From NCBI RefSeq assembly GCF_018977255.1, contig NW_024704743.1:81904001-81968000 (forward strand): a stretch of DNA of 64,000 nucleotides, written 5' to 3'. Source of the stretch: Callorhinchus milii (taxonomy: Eukaryota). Shown one piece after another: positions 53,010 through 64,000 of this stretch. A program made the translations under genes and the position numbers. Under the pieces are notes generated by a model. That model had not been told where the DNA came from and did not search any database. It saw nothing but the letters and a program-made list of their open reading frames with translations. Position 1 is the stretch's first letter. Every line of letters starts with the position of its first letter.

Positions 53010-55592
53010 AACACCATCATTCGAACGCACTCCTCACCGATCTTCCCAGCTCCACTATTCAAAAGATCCAGCTCATTCAGAACTCTGCCGCCCACATACT
53101 GACCTGGACCAAACACCGTACCCACATCTCACCAGTTCTGGCCAGGCTCCACTGGCTCCTCATCACCAAACTAATCGACTTCAAGATCCTCACAATCGTG
53201 TTCAAATCCCTTCACTCTCTGGCACCTTCCTACCTCCCTGACCTCCTCACTCCCCAATCCACCATCTGGCGCCTCCACTCGACCGGCACTGGCCTCCTGC
53301 TCATCCCTTGCACCCTCCAGCCCACCATCGGAGATCGCGCTTTCAGTCACTTTGCCCAGAAACACTCTCCCTCAATCACTCTGCGTTCCACGCCCCCTCC
53401 CCTTTTTAAATCCCCACCTGAAGACCTTCCTCTTCGACAAATATGTGGCAAATATTTAAGGATGTAGTGCAAAATTCTCAGCGGTCGCATACTCCCTTGC
53501 GGAATAAGAGTGCCACAGGGAAAGCAATTCATCCATGGCTAACTAGAGCAGTTAGGGAAAGCATCAAATTAAAAGAAAAGGCTTACAAAACTGCCAAGAA
53601 AAGCAGCAAATCTGAAGATTTGGAGAGTTTTAGAAACCAGCAAAATAAAACTAAAAACTCATTAAGAGCGAGAAAAAGGAGTATGAGGGTAAGCTAGCTA
53701 GGAACATTAAGTCTGATTGTAAAAGTTTTTACAAATATATTAAGAGGAATAGGCTAGTGAGGGTAAATGTAGGTCCACTTCAGTCAGAGACAGGAGAAGT
53801 TGTAATGGGGGATAGGGATATGGCAGAGTCCCTAAATGGGCACTTTGCATCTGTCTTCACCCTAGAAGACACAACAAGTCTGCTAACAATAGAGATGCAC
53901 CAAAGGTATAAGGACAGGGAGCAACTTAGGGAAATTTTCATTAGTAGAGAATTGGTGCTAGGGAAACTGTTAGCACTAAAAAGTGACAAATCCCCTGGTC
54001 TGGATGGGTTGTATCCCAGGGTTTTAAAAGAGGTAGCTTATGAGATAGTGGAGGCCTTGTGTCTGATCTTCCAAAATTCCTTGGATTCTGGAACAGTCCC
54101 CATGGATTGGAAGATCGCAAATGTCACACCACTATTTAAAAAAGGTGGAAAGGAAAAGATGGAGAACTACAGGCCAGTTAGTCTCACATCAGTGATAGGA
54201 AAAATTTTAGAATCATGGATTAAGGATGTGGTAGTGCGGTATTTAGGGGAGCACAATATAATTAGACCAAGTCAACATGGCTTTACAAAAGGGAAGTCAT
54301 GTTTGACAAATCTCATAGAGTTTTTTGAGGATATTTGAGGATAAGGGTGAATCAGTGAATCAGTGGATGTGGTCTATTTGGACTTCCAAAAGGCATTCGA
54401 TAAGGTGCCGCATAAAAGGTTAGTCCAAAAGATAAGGACCCATGGAATTGAGGGGAGCATATTAATGTGGATTGGGGAATGGTTAACGGGTAGGAAACAA
54501 AGAGTAGGGAAAAACGGGTCCTTTTCAGATTGGCGGGATGTGACAAGTGGAGTGCCACAAGGATCAGTCCTTGGGCCTTAACTATTTACCATCTACATCA
54601 ACGATCCAGATGAGGACATCGAAGTTAATATATCTAAATTCGCGGATGACACAAAACTAGGAGGAAGTGTCAATAGAGAGGACACAGAGAAGGGGAGGGA
54701 TTGGAATGTGTTGGCATCCAGAGGGACTTGGGTGTCCTTGTACACCAGTCACAGAAAGTTAGTCTGCAGGTGCAGCAGCAATTAGGAAGGCGAACGGTAT
54801 GTTAGCGTTCATTATGAAAGGATTAGAGTATAAGAGTAGGGAAGTCTTGCTGCAACTGTATAGGGCCCTGGTGAGACCACACCTGGAATACTGTGTGCAG
54901 TTTTGGTCTCCTCATTTAAGGAAGGATGTATTTGCCTTGGAGGGGGTGCAGCGTAGATTTAGTAGGTTAGTACCAGGGATGAAGGGGATGAGTTTCGAGG
55001 ATAGGCTGACCAATTTGGGCCTATATTCTCTAGAATATAGAAGAATTAGAGGGGATCTTACAGAAAACTATAAGATCATCAAAGGGCATGATAGAGCAGA
55101 TATTGGGAGATTGTTTCCCCTGGTTGGAGAAACTAAAACCAGGGGTCACAAACTTAAAATCAGAGGCCAGCCCTTTCGCACTGAGTTGAGGAAGAACTTC
55201 TTCACTCAAAGGGTGGTGAATGTATGGAACTCACTACCCCAAAGGGCTGTTGACGCTCAGTCCTTGAACATATTCAAGACTGAGATAGATAGATTTCTTA
55301 TTACAAAAGGGATTAAGGGATATGGGGTTAAGGCAGGGTTAGGTTATTAGCTGGAGTTAGATTAGAAGATCAGCCATGATTGAATGGCGGGGCCGCCTCG
55401 AAGGGCTGAATGGCCTACTCTTGCTCCTACATGTTATGTTATGTTATGTTATGTTGTGTTATGTTATGTTATGACATGACTGTGCTTTTAGCCACCTCCC
55501 ACCCCCCACCGGAGTCAGGCTTCGCCATTGTTAAGTGCTCTGAGATCTACCCTGCATGGAGGGTGCTATATAAGTGCAAGTTGTTGTTGTTG
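53010..55592 (+). mobile_element. L2 3' fragment (53010-53440 + ~55476-55592) split by CR1
   Basis: IQLIQNSAA..FKSLHSLAPSYL..LKTFLFD, resumes tgtgctttt..tataagtgcaag(TTG)n. Confidence 0.85.
53441..55475 (+). mobile_element. CR1 LINE, 5'-truncated, with the same internal RT deletion as 20552-22360
   Basis: ORFs 53443-53697, 53757-54338, 54363-54581, 54799-55350; (ATGTT)n tail. Confidence 0.96.
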
Positions 55593-55659
55593 TGTCCAAA
55601 CCAGACTGAGAGTTCTACATACATATGCCACCAATGCAAGGAAATTTCCCTGTGCCTGA

Positions 55660-55866
55660 TTGGCACTATGTGTGTTGTGTGTGTATGTATGTGTGTGTCT
55701 GTGAGAGAGAACAGCCGGCAATGTATGTGTGTGTAGCGAATAGTTGGCACTGTGTGTGTTTGTGTGTGTGTGTGAGAAAGAGGAGGTGACACTGTGTGTG
55801 TTTGTGAGTATGTGAGAGAGAGGAGAAGGGGTTGACACTACGTGTATGGAGAATAGCTGGCACTGT
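55660..55866. repeat. Compound minisatellite gagaayagctggcac(TG)n; related units at 52860-52980
   Basis: Recurrent gaacagccggca / gaatagttggcac / gaatagctggcac separated by TG runs. Confidence 0.7.
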
Positions 55867-56031
55867 GGAAGGATCATCTGTCAAAAAGATTGCCTCTTCT
55901 TGCTATAGATATACACTAGAAGTAATGGTCATGAGCTAGTATATTTCACAGTTTACTATTCTTCCGGTAGCTTCTTCTATTAGAGAAACATTTGCATAAT
56001 GTGTTCCTATCATGCAGATGTTGGAGCTACG

Positions 56032-56452
56032 GGGAGTCCTGTAGCTTAATGATTAGAGCACTTGCCTTGCAAGCGAGAGGACCTGGTTTCGATTCCTGGG
56101 CAGGGCGAAACATTGGGCAAGCTTCCTTACTCCACATGCCTCGGTTTACCTAGCAAGTAAGTAGGAATCCGGTTGTTAGTCGATTGGCAGATCGCTTTTC
56201 CAGGGGTAATAATCCCTTAAATCAAAAATAAACAAACAAACAAACAAACAAATAAATAAATAAACAAACAAACAAACAAACAAATGAATGAAAATAAACA
56301 AACAAACAAACAAACAAAGAAATAAATAAATTGATCGCTCAATCCACTGCTGTTTGTGGGACACTGTTGTTTGCAATTGGCTATCGCGTTTCATCCACAA
56401 AATGTACGTCAATTTACTTTACAGCATATTCTGTGAAGTGCTTTGGGACATC
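56032..56452 (+). mobile_element. Long-variant tRNA SINE with internal (AAAC/AAAT)n expansion, followed by Deu-SINE relic (56460-56845)
   Basis: Head ggggagtcctgtagctt..; segment ctcggtttacctagcaagtaagtaggaatccggttgttagtcgattgg; microsatellite 56225-56330. Confidence 0.88.
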
Positions 56453-59400
56453 TTGTCTCATCTCTGAGTCAGAAAGTAGCTCTCATCTCTGAGTCAGAAA
56501 GTTGTGGGTTCAAGTCTTATATCAGGCCCAGTCTAGGTTCATACTCCAGTGCATTGCTGGTGGAGTGCTACATTGTTGGAGATGCCATCCTTCAGGTAAG
56601 ACATTAAGCTGAAATCCCATCTGCCTATTCAGGTGGATGTTGAAGTTCCCGTGGAACTATTCAAAAAGGGAAGAGTGTTTCTCCTGGTGTCCTGACCAAC
56701 AATCCCTTCATAGCTGTTTGTGGGACATTAGCCCTGAGCACATACAAATACAATTACACAGCCACTACACTTTACAGTAACTCTTTTGACATGCTTTGAA
56801 ACATTCTTTTGACATGAAAAGCGTGATGCAAGGATTATTATTATTGGTAGTTGATTTCCTACTGTGTTGTATGTTTCTATTGTTCTTGGTCAAATAATAT
56901 TGTCAATAGATCAATTATTCGCAATTTAATGAATTAATGAATTAACTTCTTGTTCTTTAGGTGCCTTCAGTTTGGTAAGCGCAGATCATTTTTGCAAACC
57001 TGTTATGAGTGGTTGGCTTATTTTACAATGGTAAAAGTTTATAAGTTCCATGTCCTTCCGGACAGATCTGCATCAACTGTTAATCTTCTCCAGTATTTGA
57101 CCAATTGGGATATATACCTGTATATATATTTTATGTAATTCCTATTTGACAATGAAAAGATAATGCCATTTATCTTGGAAGCTGAGGTCAATGCTTGTAC
57201 CCTTACTGCTGTCTTCACTGAGATCAACTAACTCAGCCCAGAGCATGCATAGGAACATAGGAACAGAAATAGGCTATTCAGCCCCTCAAGCCTGTTCTGC
57301 CATTCTATTAGATCAAGGCTGATTTGTATCTCAAGTCCAAATGCAGAACCTGGGACCATAGAACTTGGGACCTTACACTTCGTATGGGTCAGTATCACAT
57401 CAGGCAGTTGCTTTACCAATTTAATACTGTAAAGAGGGAAGCTTTGAAATATGCTGATTGAGTCAATACATTTGAGTATGTTTACAAATTTCTTATCTGA
57501 TGTCTCTACATCAACATTAGGCTATGGAATGTATTTGCAGCAATCCTGTCTGGGTGGTAAGTGAATAATCCTACTGATATGTAACTGCATGAAGTGCAGT
57601 AATACTCATAAATATGGATAGCTTGAAAACACATGCTTTGCTAACGCAGACATATGCAGCAATTTCCCCAAGCCAGTTGCAAATGGGTCTGGAATTTATC
57701 TGCTCTTCTCAACTGGCAATGTGAAAAAATAATTTAGTACATCTGTCATTTCCTGTATTCTCCAATATTATTTTTAACCAAATTATCCCTTCAAGAACTG
57801 ATTTAGTCTTCAAATAAATAATCCATAGAGGGTTCACAGCAATCGTTTATATGAGTCTTACCCTGTTATTTGTAGTTTCTTATGGATGATTTTTAATGTA
57901 CGTGGAAATGCACTGCTGATGAATCTAAGCTTCCTTATCTACAACCCTGAGCCGAGAGCCAAGAGCTAAGAGAAAATTAAAATTTCTGCGGCAGTATACC
58001 GATCTCTCAGAGGGCAGACTTACACATCTTCTCTGGCAAATAGATTTGCCTAGTGACTAAAATCATCATCAAACACGAGAGCAACATCTTTGGATTACTA
58101 ATCCAAACTTCTAAGAGAACTTTAAAACTATAGAAATGTATGACATGTTACATAGGAGGCTATTCAGCCTACTATTTTAATAATAATAATCCTTGTATTT
58201 GAATAAGCGCCTTAACACGTCATTGAGATGTCTCAAAGCGCTTCACAGAATACACTGTAAATTTAATTGACTGTATATTTTGTGGGCAAAATACTGCAGC
58301 CAATTGCGCACAGTAGTCCCACAAACAGTCGTGGATTGAGTGGCCAAATGATATTTTTTGTGTTAACCTTCAGTATATCTAGCCTCAGGTTAACTTACTA
58401 CAGTTTCTCTTCTTTCTTTTCTGATGAAAACACTGAGTTAAACAACACAGCAATGCATTTATAGGAAAATGTTCCCTCCATCCATTGCTCAAGATTAACA
58501 CCCATTGCTTAAGTTCAGTGCTTTTTCACCACTATGAAAATTACATAATGGAAAGTGTTTACTTATGGTGATATCACACACACAGAACTTATCAAGTGTG
58601 GTACACGTCAGTATTACCACCAGGGAGTCTGTTAGAGTTATTGTTTTAAGAAATGTGATATTTTCAGGGAGGTAAATGCATCAAACTAATTAAATGTGGC
58701 TGGACTCCAAGATCTTAGAATTGTTCAACTTTTTTTACATGAGGTTTTGGGCCACTTTACTCTTCTCTTGCTTTCCTGAAGAAACACATTCATACTGGAG
58801 TATACCAGCCATCAGACATTCTTAAGCTATTAACTCTGACACTGATCTTTTCACTGCAGTTTCATAATAGATCCCATACTCATCCCTCCCAGTCACAATG
58901 AGCCGCATCTGAGTACTTTGAGGGACTTGAGATCAATACCAAGCAGGAGGGCAACTAAATTCTTTTTCAATCCCAACATCCCAAAACTCCATGTGGAATG
59001 CTGAGAGGAACAAGTAGGAACAGACTAGTCTTTTGAAAAGAGGAATCAATTACAGCACAACATGCCAAACAACATCCCGCCTAGATTTTCCATGAATATG
59101 TTTTACCAATTTATGCAAAGTTTGTTATGCTTTACTCAGTAGTTCCTAAGTGTTTTTGCTGTATTTGAATATAGAGTCTGTCATCAGTTTTGGAAAGCTG
59201 AGATGTTAAAACTAAATTCTGTCCTTAAAATGGTTAATTTGTATTGTATTTGGGCAAGAAGGTTTGAATTGTATATTTAAACTGTTACACCTCTCATTAA
59301 GTATTTAACATGGTTACAAACTGGTTCAGTGTACAGATTTATCACTTGTATTTGTGGCAGAGGGGGGAAAGTGCCACCTGCTATCATGACAAATCCAAAT

Positions 59401-60529
59401 TTTTAGAAACAAAAGACTAAAATGCATGAAGGTGTGATTTCAAGGAGGGTTTTTTATTAAGGGCTGAAAGTCACAAATGGGGGTTCCTGGAGCTGGAAGT
59501 ACATCACACCAACCTGTAGGAACTCTGCTCCAAAACACCACCCTCCCCCCATAGGGTCACAGTGAAGCTCAGGTGGCTCAGTGGTATAGGAAAAGAAGCT
59601 GCACTCATTAACCATTACTCTGGTGTTGTGTTAACAACCATTTTGGTCACCTAATGTTGTAGTTCAACCCGGTCAAAGTGGGTTGTACATTTCTACAGTG
59701 AAATAAGTATCAATGGCTTCTCACAGACAGCCTTGCTGGATTGATAGATGTAGTAGTTGCAGTGTGTGTTGCTAAGACCTCCAAGCCAGAAAGATTGTTA
59801 GTTACTGATCTCAGCTGAGCCTCTCGTGACAAAATGATAATTGGTCTGAGCTGGGGAATGAAGAGGGAAATAAACAGCCAGAGTCCTCCCCTCATCCCCT
59901 GCCCTTCCCCTCCTCCCTGATCTCACCTAAGACAGTGGATAGGTGTATGGGTGGGGAGATTGACAGGTGGATAGACAGTCCGGTGGGCAGGTAGGCAGCT
60001 GGGCATTAAGGGATATGGGATAAGTCGTTGAATGGGATTAAAAGATTTGCTACATTGCTTTCTTAGTTCTTCAATCTAACTGACAAAGGTGCAGTTTCAG
60101 ATCATTTCAATAACTTGGCAGTTTTAAGAATTGAATTTAATTTAAAGCAGGAAGCATTACAAACCTGTGGCATGGTTGTTTGCTTATTGCTGCTCCCAAG
60201 CTTTTATAAATTGAAAATTCAACACAGCTGGACTTGAAGTTACAAAGTCTTTCAGACGTCCATAGAACATTGTCTGTGAAATATTAATAGGCTGCAAAAG
60301 TGTTTCGGAGCAGAAGTTTTTAATGAAGACAAAGGCTTATGGTACTCCATAAATGTTGCCTATATAAGAGTGGAGCTTTTATTCACAGTCAATAAAAAAA
60401 AGCATTAAAAAATTCCATGAAGTCAAATGACCGCACAGCTTGCAGAGTTCACTTGGGGATAGGAAACAAAACTAAGGACTTTGAGCCCCAATATTTCCAC
60501 CTCTTATGGAAATGTGCGTTAAAATGTGT

Positions 60530-61040
60530 GTTCATCACATCCAGGCCTCCCTCCACAGGCATACAGAACTCTGCAGCCTGTGTCCTCTCCTGTACTAGGA
60601 TCCGCTCCTCACCCGATTCCACTGGCTCCCCATCACTCAGAGGATACAGTTCAAGAACCTGGTGGATACAGTTCAAGAACCATCCATGGCCTTGCTCCTC
60701 CCTACCTCACTATCAACCTGGCCACTCCCTCCACTCAGCGGACTCCAGTCTGTGTCACATTCCCGCCTTTACCTGCATTCAGCCGCTCTGCCCCCCCCCC
60801 CCCATTGGAACTCCGTCACGTACTCCCTCCGCCTCATCACCTCCCTTGTCTCCTTCAAGACCAATCTCAAGACCCTCCTCTTCGACTGTGCCTTTGGTCA
60901 CCCTCCTACCCCTACCCTCCCTGCCCTCCACCCCTCCTGATTCTAACCAACAGCTCGGGTGCGGATCCCTGACTCTCCAGCCCCTTGGTACGTCCTCCCG
61001 ACATGAAAGGGGCTATACAAATGTAATTTGTTTGTTGTTG
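60530..61040 (+). mobile_element. L2 3' fragment
   Basis: IQNSAACVLS..HWLPI..FKTNLKTLLFD; stem-loop tail + (GTT)n. Confidence 0.85.
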
Positions 61041-64000
61041 CTTAAAGAAATTCAAATAACTGTCCATGCTACCCCCACCCTCCCTCCCCCAACCACAACA
61101 CTATTCTCAATGTCATCACCCGGTCATTTGACTTCTTAACACAAAACAGTGTTGAACTTGACACCAGCTCTCCCACTGACCAGCAACAGAATGCCCCAGA
61201 GCCTGAGGTTCAGTGCTGTAAACCTGGCTTCATGAACAACATTACTGAGAATAGTGTCTGCTACATTCAAAGTGATAAATATGGAATGTATAGTTAAATT
61301 GACTCCATTTGGTTGTCTATTTCACATGACAGCTGAAGATATTGCATTAATTCTGCATCAGCTTGCTCATTTTGTTTTATTTGCTGAAGTGTCAGTCTGG
61401 CTCAGTTGGCAGCTCTCTCATCTCTGGGTCAGTTTTGTGGCTTCAAGTCCCATTTTAGGGTTTCAGCGCCTACTCCAGACTGTCGTTTCAATGGCAATAA
61501 GTCAATGCATTATCACTCTTTATTATTCATCTCAGGATGTGAACCACGCTGGCGGTGCCAGCATTCATTTTCCACCTCTGGTTGTCCCGAGAAAGTAGCT
61601 TGTTATGCCACTTGAGAGGATGTTGAGAGTCGAACATTATTCTTATTGATTTCAACCAGAAAAGAGGATATAAACTGTGCAAATCACTTGCTGCAATGCA
61701 CACGTGGAATGGCCAGCTATAACTACAGGCAGGCCTCAGTACATAAACTTATTTTCAAAACCCAGGATACTAAATAAAACTCCAAATGTAATTGATGTGT
61801 GTGCACATTACAAGGATTGTGGTAGAGTGTGATGATAAGTGTGGTAAATCAGATTGATGAGCATGATATAGCTACTGGAGACTGGATAGAGTTTCCCTTC
61901 TGTTTTAGTAATCTGTCCGTTTACCTGGGAGAATTGGCAAAGGTTAATTCCCACTCATCGTGGTCAATGTTTTGTATCTGGACTAACTTAGGGCAACAGT
62001 TTGATCCAATAAGGCCAAGTCCTTAGCAATGCTAATGCTCACATTTATCATTGAGATAGAAGTCAGAGGTGACCAGCGAAAAATACAACAGACACTGTTA
62101 TAAGACATGGCTCATTTGATACCACTATCGCCTCTGGGTCAAAGGTCTGTGGGACATGGATGAAATTAGCCCGCAGGCCAGATACAAGCCATGGGCTGCC
62201 AGTTGGCCCACCCTGGCCTAGGATAAAAGCTATGTTGTCAACAGTGCCATCCTTTCAATGAGATGTTAAACTAAGGTCTGCCTGTTCAGGTGGATTGCAC
62301 TATGTGAAAAAAAAGGAAGTTTCTCCTGGTGCCTGGGCCAACAATCCTCAAAAAAAATTGACATAGTTATTTGTAGGCTATGGTGCAAATTGGCTGCTTG
62401 TCTAGAAATACACAATCATTACCCTTGATAACAACTACATGTGCTTTATCACCATCATCAACAACTTGCATTTATATACAATATATATATATATCCTTCA
62501 TGCAGGGTAGTGTCTTAAGAGCACAGAGCACGGTGCAGAGAAGGAATTCGAGGGACATGTAGAAGGCTGGAGTCTGCTGAGCGAAGAAGGTTGTTGGGAG
62601 TAGGGTATTAGGAGGACGGAGAAGTAGGGAGGTAAGGCACTATATCAAATGCAAGGATTATTATTATTATATATTAATTGATTTATAAATGTGTGAGAAT
62701 CTTGAAATCGATCTGTTTTGCATTATAATAATAATAATCCTTGCATTTGATATAGCGCTTTTCACGTCGGGAGGACGTCCCAAATTAGGAAGCAAGAGGA
62801 GCCTGGCAAGAGCTGGAGTCCTGGGGTGAGGAGTTTGATATGGGTGAGAATTTTGACAGTGGAGTTTTGAGTCCGTTACATTTCATGGGTAGTGGAGGTA
62901 AGGAGGCATTAGAAAAATCGAGGCAGGAGCTGACGAATGTGTTAACGAGGGTTTCAGTTGTGTTGTCGGAGAGGTTAAAGAGAGAGACCCAGGTAAGAAA
63001 GCGTTGATGAAAACCAAGGAAATGGCTTCCATCTTGTCAACATTCAGCTGCATATCAAATTCAAGGATACTTTATTTTTTTGTTAACTTTGTATATTCTA
63101 GTAACTTTTCAGCAAACTATGGAATTTGAAAGTTTAGGAACAGATTAGAATTTGTCAATTTGAGCCATTCTGGTTCTAATTTGCTTATAAATAGTGGGAA
63201 AAATTGCAACTTTTAACAGTTTATAGTGATCAGAATGACTTCAATGCTCTTTCTCAATATTTGTCAGAACAAATGCGTATTTTGACTTTGCATAACATCT
63301 GCAAAACTGATGTTCTGTAAATCCCCAAAGATAACTTCTGTATTACAATGGAGTATTGTTAAGGTCAGAAGTGCAGAGCAGCTCCTCACGAGCATTGACT
63401 TATTTACAATCTTGTCTGTTTTAGTGCAAATGCTACATCATCTTCAAAAGGGTAAAAGGTGAAAGGCAAGCTACTGTTGAGGTCAATCATAAAACAGCAT
63501 CATCTTTAAAGTCACGGATTTTAATAGGGATCAGGGGCTAACTTCAGTAATAGTTCCTTATGTAAATATTGCGCATGTTTCACCACCAATGCTCCTTCAG
63601 AGTCATAAGGAGTTAAGAATAACATTAACATCTTGTTACCTGTTCATTTCTGTTCATTTCCCGCCCCCCCCCCACCCACCATTTAAACATGGTGATTCCA
63701 TTAGGGAAGTAACTGAGAGTTGCTGATTATGTCATTTGGGCAGTAGCTATGAAGAGTTACTGGGCCCAACAGTGTGAAAGAGTGAGTTGACACACAAAGA
63801 TATTGTATCATACTATTATTACATAATATACAGCATTGTTAGCAACTATGAAAGCATCAGCTCAGTGCTCCCCACACCACCACCCCTCCCCAGATCTTAG
63901 CATTGCCATGAAGAGCAGGTAAGGCAGTGAGTAAGAGAGCAGAAGGTACATCCATACAGGAAGATGTGGGAAAACCATTTGATGAGTCTCCTAGTCCTGG

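Noticed and set aside
58024..58056. 33-nt minus-strand exon spliced to 57965
   Set aside because: Implied intron is only 58 nt, too short for a typical vertebrate intron

Overview
This is vertebrate nuclear DNA, most likely from a cartilaginous fish. The repeat set resembles elephant-shark/holocephalan families, which is an inference from repeat content only. The window is dominated by decayed retroposons: CR1 LINEs, L2 LINEs, old RTE-clade fragments, a young tRNA-Ala-derived SINE with an L2-type 3' tail (short and long variants), Deu-domain SINE relics and LF-SINE-like relics. Nearly all ORFs in the supplied track are LINE fragments or chance ORFs in SINEs. No intact transposon and no recognisable host gene were found. 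The most notable points are: (1) two independent CR1 insertions sharing the same internal RT deletion, suggesting a non-autonomous subfamily; (2) a multi-layer nested insertion at 32.4-38.0 kb that preserves CR1 ORF1/5'UTR and ends in a fold-back hairpin; (3) a ~125 bp inverted duplication of exon-like sequence inside a SINE, next to a TATA/STAT/CRE promoter-like cluster at ~48.1 kb; (4) several low-confidence micro-exon candidates. Repeat boundaries were read by eye and are approximate.
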